A stretch of 64,000 nucleotides of DNA from Pachysolen tannophilus NRRL Y-2460. Taxonomy: Eukaryota. A program made the translations under genes and the position numbers. This document shows positions 56,501 to 64,000 of the stretch, in pieces (the stretch's first letter is position 1; the number at the start of each line of letters is the position of its first letter). The stretch covers positions 1,086,502 through 1,150,501 of the forward strand of contig KV454013.1 of NCBI GenBank assembly GCA_001661245.1. The letters run 5' to 3'. The notes below the pieces were generated by a model. That model was not told where the DNA came from, did no database searches, and saw only the letters and a program-made list of their open reading frames with translations.

Positions 56501-56811
56501 AAAAAAAAAAAAAAATAAAAAAAATTTCGCAGCAAAAAATCCGAAAATTCAACGTGTCAATAAAAACTTGTGCGCCCGTGTCGTATTTTTTCTTGACACA
56601 TTGCCGTGCTGTGTCGTGTCTTGCATTTATGTCGCAGTTCAAGTGCCACGACCAAAAGTGACATTTCTTTTGTGACATTTTATGTGACCATTTTCTTTGT
56701 GATACACACTATTATATGTCACTGAGCTGTAAACTATAGTGACATACGACATTCTTTTCTTTCAGTTGGTTTGTTTAATGTTCATTGTTCATCTTATACT
56801 ATAATATATTA

Positions 56812-58470
56812 TCATATATTGACAAGATTGACGATCCAACATAAAATTATTATCCATATTTCCATGTTAACCTGTTTAAAACCGAGATTTGCAGTAACAG
56901 CTCTAATCATCTTATTATTGGTGGTACTATCACTTGAAGTAGTTGTGGTACTACTACTACTGCTGCTAGTAGTACTTGTACTACTTGTACCATTGCTACT
57001 ATCTCCGACATAGTTGCACGTGACGTACTCACTATCAACATCATCCCAATAATAACTTAATTGAATACTTCTATTATCACTTGGACATGCAAATGAAAAA
57101 TCTGATGGGCAATCTCTTACAATTGCATGGCAAACGTTTAAACATGGGAGAACCTCGAAATAAGGTTGTGGGGGTACTATAACATCATTTATAAAACTAT
57201 TTCTAGAAGCTCCTTCTTCTCGATACTTGTAACCAGTTACATTTCTCGTTGAACATCTTGGTATTGTTACTGCACAAAGCCAATCTTTATAACTAGCTTT
57301 ACAATCATCACATGTTACTATGGGAGAATATCTAGCATCTAATATATCATCACACAGTATTATTTGTATTGCTTTTGCAAAACTTTCATATAATTTAGCA
57401 GTATAGTTATCATATAATGATGATAAATAATCCATATTTAAATATGCAGTTTCATTTGATGGATCTAAAAAACCTGTTGATACTGGGACACTATATGAAA
57501 CACCATCACAAAAGGATAAATCATAAATTAATTTACATGAATCTTCATCCATTGTTTCAAATTCAAATTGTTCAAAAATTGCACCACCAGAAGAAGTTCC
57601 ACTAAAATCTTGTGCAAGATAAACAATATATTTAGTAGATTTATTTAAACCTTCAACATAAAATTGTTGTTGTAATCCTCCATTTCTATGTTGTAAACTT
57701 CTAGTCATATTTTGAGAAGTTAATAATGCAGGACCATTTCTAACTGCACACCAACTTTTATTTAATCCATCAAAATAATCCTTATCTTCATAATCAAATA
57801 TATACAAGTCATATATGTCACTATTATAAGATTCACCATTCAGATCTACTGTTAAATTTCCAGTTATAAATAATGCAGAATTATCATCTGCATCAACCAA
57901 ATTAGCCCAAGATCTATCATCCCATTGGAAAACTAAATCATTTTGTGATATCCCAATCTCATAAGTCCAATTACTTTGTAAATCATCAATTATAGGAGAA
58001 ACAACCAATATATATAAATTTGAAAAAGGATCAGCTGTTGGATTAGATATTAAACCTTGTAAATAACCATCTGAAAATGAAAAATAATCCAAACCACTAA
58101 TCCCATTATCTACTGCAGTTTGATTAAAAGTATAATACACTTTTAATGTTTCGTCCAGTTCATCATCTGAAGTGGAACTTAAACCATTTGGTAAAGAACA
58201 TATATTTCCTGATAAAAAAATTAAAATCTCATAATAATCACCAACACCTGTATGCGTCGTATTAACTACAAACTCATAAAATTGTGTCTGATTTGATCCA
58301 ATACTACTGGATACAGGTGCCCATTCAGATAACGTATCAGCATCCTCCAATGAAGTTAACAAATCTCTTTTATCTATTGGATTCACCACCGTATATTGAC
58401 GATCTATTTTTATATCCTTAGCTACTAAAAGCTCAACCAACAATATCAATGCAACTATTATCGCATTCAT
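56812..58470 (-). CDS. MID1: Calcium channel regulatory subunit Mid1
   Basis: Signal peptide, IFLSGNIC, ISQNDLVFQWD and the Cys-rich domain (TCDDC..SYKDWLCAVTIPRC, EVLPC...C...VRDCP). Confidence 0.92.
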   Translation of the reverse strand: MNAIIVALILLVELLVAKDIKIDRQYTVVNPIDKRDLLTSLEDADTLSEWAPVSSSIGSNQTQFYEFVVNTTHTGVGDYYEILIFLSGNICSLPNGLSSTSDDELDETLKVYYTFNQTAVDNGISGLDYFSFSDGYLQGLISNPTADPFSNLYILVVSPIIDDLQSNWTYEIGISQNDLVFQWDDRSWANLVDADDNSALFITGNLTVDLNGESYNSDIYDLYIFDYEDKDYFDGLNKSWCAVRNGPALLTSQNMTRSLQHRNGGLQQQFYVEGLNKSTKYIVYLAQDFSGTSSGGAIFEQFEFETMDEDSCKLIYDLSFCDGVSYSVPVSTGFLDPSNETAYLNMDYLSSLYDNYTAKLYESFAKAIQIILCDDILDARYSPIVTCDDCKASYKDWLCAVTIPRCSTRNVTGYKYREEGASRNSFINDVIVPPQPYFEVLPCLNVCHAIVRDCPSDFSFACPSDNRSIQLSYYWDDVDSEYVTCNYVGDSSNGTSSTSTTSSSSSSTTTTSSDSTTNNKMIRAVTANLGFKQVNMEIWIIILCWIVNLVNI

Positions 58471-58767
58471 ATCAACTCTTTTAATTATCTCTTTCTTCGG
58501 GTCCACAATCAAACCCTAACAGTTGATCGTGATCTCCTTTTCTGCCAATGATCTATTTAAAAAAAAAAAAGATAGTTTTTTTCATATATATATTTATATT
58601 TATATTATATATATCATTTTATATATATATATTTTTCATCATTTAAAAAACTGAAAAATCCTAAAAAAAAAAAAATCAAATCACGTCTTTCAATATTATA
58701 AAAACTCAAATTTTTAATTAAAGATAAAAGAAAGAGAAAGGTTGAGTAATCTTTGAATATAGAGAAG

Positions 58768-59751
58768 ATGACTAGTGTGAAGTCACGGGAAAATTTGCCG
58801 TGGATTGAGAAGTATAGGCCTTCTAGTTTAGATGAGGTTTATGGTCAACAAGATGTTGTTGATACTGTGAGAAGATTTGTTCAAGAAGGTAAATTACCTC
58901 ATTTATTATTTTATGGGCCACCAGGAACTGGTAAGACATCGATGATTATTGCGTTGGCAAAGGAGATTTATGGGAAGAATTATAAAAATATGGTTTTAGA
59001 ATTGAATGCTTCAGATGATAGAGGAATTGATGTTGTTAGAGATCAAATTAAGAATTTTGCATCAACAATGCAAATTTTCAGTAAAGGTTTTAAATTAATT
59101 ATATTGGATGAAGCTGATGCAATGACAAATGTTGCTCAAAATGCATTAAGAAGAGTTATTGAAAAATATACTAAAAATACAAGATTTTGTATATTAGCTA
59201 ATTATGCTCATAAATTAAATCCAGCATTATTATCGCGTTGTACAAGATTTAGATTCCAACCTTTAAAAGAACTGGCAATTCATGAAAGAGTTTTACAAGT
59301 TATAACTAAAGAAAATTTACTTGTTTCTAATGAAGCTCAAGTAGCGTTATTGAAATTATCTCAAGGTGATATGAGAAAAGCATTAAACGTGTTACAATCA
59401 TGTTCAGCAGCTGTAAAAGAAGGTGAAGAAATTTCTAAAGAAATGATTTATGATTGTATTGGTGCTCCTCATCCAGAAGATGTGGAAACTGCATTGGATA
59501 TTATATTAAAAGAAGAATATTCTAACGCGTACGTTGCAGTTGATAAAATTAGAAAGACAAAAGGTTTAGCAATAGTGGACATGATTACTTGTTTTGTAGA
59601 ACTTTTGAAAAATTATGAATTAACAAACACTCAATTGGCACATATCCTGAAAGGATTTAGTAATATAGAATACGGAATCTCAAAAGGTGTCACTGATAAA
59701 ATTGCAACAACAGCTGTCATCGGTGTTTTGAAAGGTGCTTTTCTGGACTAA
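58768..59751 (+). CDS. RFC3: Replication factor C subunit 3
   Basis: LPWIEKYRP, GKLPHLLFYGPPGTGKT, LELNASDDRGIDVVR, LDEADAMT, SRCTRFRF. Confidence 0.93.
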   Translation: MTSVKSRENLPWIEKYRPSSLDEVYGQQDVVDTVRRFVQEGKLPHLLFYGPPGTGKTSMIIALAKEIYGKNYKNMVLELNASDDRGIDVVRDQIKNFASTMQIFSKGFKLIILDEADAMTNVAQNALRRVIEKYTKNTRFCILANYAHKLNPALLSRCTRFRFQPLKELAIHERVLQVITKENLLVSNEAQVALLKLSQGDMRKALNVLQSCSAAVKEGEEISKEMIYDCIGAPHPEDVETALDIILKEEYSNAYVAVDKIRKTKGLAIVDMITCFVELLKNYELTNTQLAHILKGFSNIEYGISKGVTDKIATTAVIGVLKGAFLD

Positions 59752-59759
59752 TTGGAGCT

Positions 59760-59825
59760 CAGAAGTTGTCATCAGAAGTTGCCAGAAGTTGCGGCAGTTG
59801 TGGCAGCAGTTGTGGCAGCAGTTTT
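59760..59825 (+). repeat. Degenerate tandem repeat (CAGAAGTTG/CAGCAGTTG) just downstream of the RFC3 stop
   Basis: About six imperfect copies visible. Confidence 0.6.
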
Positions 59826-60272
59826 GGAAGCTATTTCTCCTGCTATCCTTGATTCTTCATCTGCTGCTTCTGCTGTTTTGGTGGAAAAGATGGAGGAAAA
59901 GTGAAAGAAAAAAACAGGTCGTGTCGGCGCGTAACAATTAATTAAACCTTTTTTTTTTCTCCCAAAAAAAAAGTGTTGGATACGAAACTTGTCTTTTTTA
60001 CTATATATAATTAGTTAAATGATATATATATATATTAATTAATTAAATTAAAAGTAGAACATTTAAATATTGAGAATCGATTTGTATCAATCATCTATTT
60101 GGCGGATAGTATTGGTTTCTGAGTTAATTTAAGAACACTTTTTTTCATTTATTTATAAAGCATTTTCCATAAGGAAAAATTTAGCCAAAAAAAAAGGGGA
60201 AAGAAAAAGAAAGAAAAATTGACATTTATTTTTTTTTATATATGTATATATTAAAGTTGTAACGGTGAGAAG

Positions 60273-61469
60273 ATGTATCGTCCAATGTATAATGATGCCC
60301 AGCTACAGGCAGCACAGCTAGCTCAGCAAAGGCAGCAGCAGTTTACTTTACAGCAACAGCAGCTGCTGCTGCTGCAACTGCTGCAACAACAACAACAACA
60401 ACAACAACAACAGTTTAATAACATTGGTAATATCAATTTAAGATCCATGCCTCAACCACAACAGCTGCTGATACTGCAAGTATCTACACCTAGTGGCTTG
60501 AAGCCAACACAGCAAACTGCAATTCCACAACCAAATCAGCAACTGCAAATCAATACTGTACCTCAATTACAAACACCATTATCACAACAGGGACCTCAGG
60601 TTCAACAATTACAGCCGCTGCTGAATGGAACTGGTACGATAAACGCGCTTAACGATGAAAAAGTATATCCACATATTGTAGAATTAGTTTATGGAACTAG
60701 TCTGGCCAAAGAACAAGCATTATTGGAATTGGGTAAGAAGAGAGAACTTTATGATGATTTAGCCTTGGTTTTATGGAATTCTTTTGGGGTAATGACTTCT
60801 TTATTAGAGGAAATAATTGCTGTTTATCCTTTATTATCTCCACCTCAGTTGAGTCCAAATGCATCAAATAGAATTTGTAATGCATTGGCTTTATTACAAT
60901 GTGTTGCATCTCATCCTGAAACTAGAAATTCATTTTTAAATGCTCATATTCCTTTATTCTTATATCCTTTTTTAAATACAACTTCAAAACAAAGATCATT
61001 TGAATATTTGAGATTGACATCATTAGGTGTTATTGGTGCTTTAGTTAAAAATGATACTCCAGAAGTTATCTCATTTTTATTAACAACTGAAATAATTCCT
61101 CTTTGTTTAAGAATTATGGAATCTTCATCAGAATTATCCAAGACTGTGGCTATATTCATTGTACAAAAAATTTTAGTAGATGATTCAGGATTAAATTATG
61201 TTTGTGCCACTTATGAAAGATTTAATGCAGTAGCAACTGTTTTAAAATTAATGGTTGACCAATTGGTCCATCAACAAACTATTAGATTGTTAAAACATGT
61301 TGTTAGATGCTATTTAAGGTTAAGTGATAATGCAGATGCAAGAAAACTGTTAAGGGAATGTTTACCTGAACCATTAAAAGATGCCACTTTTAGTATGGCT
61401 TTAAGAGACGATACTGCTACGAAAAGATGTTTAGCCCAGTTGTTGGTAAATATCAGTGAGTCAAACTAG
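60273..61469 (+). CDS. CAF40: CCR4-NOT subunit Caf40/Rcd1 with Q-rich N-terminus
   Basis: [53 protein letters not shown]. Confidence 0.95.
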   Translation: MYRPMYNDAQLQAAQLAQQRQQQFTLQQQQLLLLQLLQQQQQQQQQQFNNIGNINLRSMPQPQQLLILQVSTPSGLKPTQQTAIPQPNQQLQINTVPQLQTPLSQQGPQVQQLQPLLNGTGTINALNDEKVYPHIVELVYGTSLAKEQALLELGKKRELYDDLALVLWNSFGVMTSLLEEIIAVYPLLSPPQLSPNASNRICNALALLQCVASHPETRNSFLNAHIPLFLYPFLNTTSKQRSFEYLRLTSLGVIGALVKNDTPEVISFLLTTEIIPLCLRIMESSSELSKTVAIFIVQKILVDDSGLNYVCATYERFNAVATVLKLMVDQLVHQQTIRLLKHVVRCYLRLSDNADARKLLRECLPEPLKDATFSMALRDDTATKRCLAQLLVNISESN

Positions 61470-61854
61470 AATGTACAAAAATTATTGCTAGGTTTTTACA
61501 TCATTAGACCTCTTAGTTTGTTTTTTTGTTTGTTTGTTTTTTTGCCGTCTTGTTTTATCTTGGCTTTTCTTGCCATTGTATCATTTACTTCCCATTCGTA
61601 ATCTTTTTTTTTTTTCTGGTTCATATTCGTCATTAATATTTTAAGATACCTCATGCTTTAGATTTTTTTTTTTTTTTTATTCATTTTACTTTCTATTTCA
61701 TCACTTTTTACAGATTTTATTTATTTGTTCTTATATATATATATCCATTTTTATCAAACGTCTTGTGTTTTTTTATGTTCTCTTTTTACCTTTATAAAAA
61801 CTGCATGAATTAAATCAATTTTTTTAATTATACAAAAAAAAAAAAAAACATCTA

Positions 61855-63012
61855 TTACTGTTCGACCTGATCAATTTTCCTCCTTTTTGATGATGGTTCT
61901 TCAACTTGTTCTTCAACTTGTTCTTTTTCTTTATTGTAAGATTCTCTTGTTTTTTCAAATTCTTTTTCTAAATCTATTTCACTTCCTTCATCTAATACTT
62001 TTTTCAAAACTGGACCCCAAATTTCTTCTGGTTCATTTTCAAAATTTTCAATTTTGAATACATTTTTACCTAATTTCCATTCTGCTTGTTCTAATCTTAT
62101 TAACTTAACCATGTAAGCACTTGAATCCATAGCTTTCCCAAAATCACTTATCAAAGATCTTATATATGTACCAGAAGAAACTTTAGCAATAAGGTGTAAT
62201 AATGGAGCTTTAAAATTATCAGATTCATAAATAACATTTTCATCTTCAGAAATCAATTGAGGTTTAACTATATTGTTTTTACTTGGTTCAAGTCCATTTG
62301 CTAAACAATACTCTTTGGAAAAAAATAATTCATCTTTTTCCAAAGATCGACTTTCAGATAATTTTTTATCAATAGCTACACCATCTTCATCAAGTTCAGA
62401 TTTAATAAATTTCCAATCATGATCTTTAGTTAAATTATCATCACACACAGTTAATTCATAAACTTGAACTTCTCTAGGTTTTATCTTTGCAGGTAATGGT
62501 AAACCTTCTCTAGCATATTCATATAATGGTTTCCCATTCATTTTTAACAGTGAAAAAATTGGTGGAGTCTGCGTTATCTCTCCTTTAAACTTGAGTTTCG
62601 TTTCTTCAACAATCTTATCATTGATGTGATCAAATTTCGTCTTTGATAAAACCTGACCTTCTGAATCACCTGTAGTAGTTGATGCTCCTAATAGTGCTTC
62701 CGTTTCATATACTTTAACTGATCCATTAAGATAATTTTGTAATCTCTTGGTACCATTCCCAATACCCACTACTAAAACACCAGAAGCTAAAGGATCTAAT
62801 GTCCCACCATGGCCAATTTTCACTTTTATATTATTCAATTTCCTCTTAGAACCTTTATTCCCATTATTGCTATAATTCTTCAATCTGGTCGATTTCATTT
62901 CAGCCAAATCATTTGCAAATACTTTAGAGTTGGTGAAAATTCTTTGAACAAGTGACAAAAATTGAGCAGATGAAATACCTGTCGGCTTTTCAATGGCAAA
63001 TACTCCATTCAT
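61855..63012 (-). CDS. PUS4: tRNA pseudouridine-55 synthase Pus4 (TruB family)
   Basis: MNGVFAIEKPTG, GHGGTLDPLASGVLV, GKPLYEYAR, VSSGTYIRSL. Confidence 0.95.
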   Translation of the reverse strand: MNGVFAIEKPTGISSAQFLSLVQRIFTNSKVFANDLAEMKSTRLKNYSNNGNKGSKRKLNNIKVKIGHGGTLDPLASGVLVVGIGNGTKRLQNYLNGSVKVYETEALLGASTTTGDSEGQVLSKTKFDHINDKIVEETKLKFKGEITQTPPIFSLLKMNGKPLYEYAREGLPLPAKIKPREVQVYELTVCDDNLTKDHDWKFIKSELDEDGVAIDKKLSESRSLEKDELFFSKEYCLANGLEPSKNNIVKPQLISEDENVIYESDNFKAPLLHLIAKVSSGTYIRSLISDFGKAMDSSAYMVKLIRLEQAEWKLGKNVFKIENFENEPEEIWGPVLKKVLDEGSEIDLEKEFEKTRESYNKEKEQVEEQVEEPSSKRRKIDQVEQ

Positions 63013-63653
63013 CTTTCAATCAATGAGAACCTCTACTAATAAAGATCTTAAAAAAATTGTATAACAATTTTACTTACTTCTACTTGATTTTTCAAAAAAA
63101 AAATGAAATTTTTTTGATGGCCTTTTATTTTTTTTTTTTTGTATTTTTCATCTCATCTCTTTTAGCAGTAAAAGATAATTCAATTAATTCAATTACAGAA
63201 GTACAAAGGTTACATTTATTTGAATATCAACTAAGCTAGAATGATGGCATGACAAAGTAAAAGTAATGAGCTAGCCATTACAACTCAAAAAGAGAAATAA
63301 AAATTAAAAATTCTTTTCAAAAAGAAAACCCTTCTTGTAAGTACAGAAACATATACCATAATAAAAATGACATTTTTAAGATTATCTTGGGAAACATTGG
63401 ATAATATGGCAACTTACGATAAACCAACCATTCATGGAAACAATAAAAAAATCAAACAAACTTCAAATGGAACGATAATCGGAAAAGCAAGTAGGGCAAA
63501 AGTTTTAAAAAAACATTCAATATCAAAATTTAAAACCTACAGATTGTATAGTCCTTTTTTTTTTTACTTTTTTTTTTTATTTTTTTTTTTTTTTAATTCT
63601 TTTTTCTTTTCTTTTCTTTTCTTATCTTTTCCTCTGTGAGGAGCTTAAATCAT

Positions 63654-64000
63654 CTAGAAATCACCGAAATACTGCAGATAAGGGTCATCTCCTTGGGCAC
63701 CATAATCCAGCAGCTCTTCAGGATAATGGTCAAATAAGGAGGAGTCACCTACACCTGCTGTGATCGGTGGTTCATAAGGTGTTTCAATATCCTTCATCAA
63801 TAACTTTTCCCAAACAACTTCTGCAAACCATTGGTGGTTTCTAATATCAACTGGACCATTATGTAAATTACCTAATCTTCTGGATAAATCTGCAGTGATC
63901 AATTTGCTCAATAAATCACGAGCATCAGGGTTTATATGAGAAGGATAATGAACTTTTCCTGCTAAAATTTTTTCATAAGTTTTCATTGGTGTTTGATCAT
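63654..64000 (-). CDS. TPK2: cAMP-dependent protein kinase catalytic subunit, C-terminal part (Tpk2-like)
   Basis: [35 protein letters not shown], terminal F..F motif. The paralogue assignment is tentative. Confidence 0.8.
   Translation of the reverse strand, partial: DQTPMKTYEKILAGKVHYPSHINPDARDLLSKLITADLSRRLGNLHNGPVDIRNHQWFAEVVWEKLLMKDIETPYEPPITAGVGDSSLFDHYPEELLDYGAQGDDPYLQYFGDF

Noticed and set aside
63240..63640. Possible ncRNA or 90-aa ORF between PUS4 and the PKA gene
   Set aside because: No convincing C/D or H/ACA boxes. The ORF ends in poly-T-derived Phe runs; probably UTR or intergenic.

Overview
AT-rich, gene-dense window from a budding yeast (Saccharomycotina) nuclear genome with about 30 protein genes, one intron-containing tRNA-Trp and one N gap. 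The genes are mostly housekeeping: regucalcin-like, GSF2, TSC2, PFF1, HEM12, VMS1, RDH54, GCN20, DIS3, EHD3, DES1, a TSC3-like small protein, AKL1, ORC2, RPC11, PUS1, NIP7, SRP72, MRH4, a SET methyltransferase, IPL1, an ADH6-like gene, a GNAT, CUS2, SEC21, MID1, RFC3, CAF40, PUS4 and a PKA catalytic subunit. Two things stand out. (1) Three short segments within 7.4 kb (about 10404-11050, 14380-15327 and 16747-17751) are inverted relative to the genes they cut. Flipping them back restores in-frame junctions, with no bases lost or gained, in five genes (an orphan ORF, PFF1, HEM12, VMS1, RDH54). No inverted repeats flank them. Misoriented assembly pieces are the most economical explanation, but real inversions cannot be excluded from sequence alone. 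(2) CTG codons sit at positions that are Ala in homologues, which points to the CUG-Ala genetic code (Pachysolen/Nakazawaea/Peterozyma group), so the supplied translations probably misread CTG. All homologue comparisons are from memory; no searches were run.
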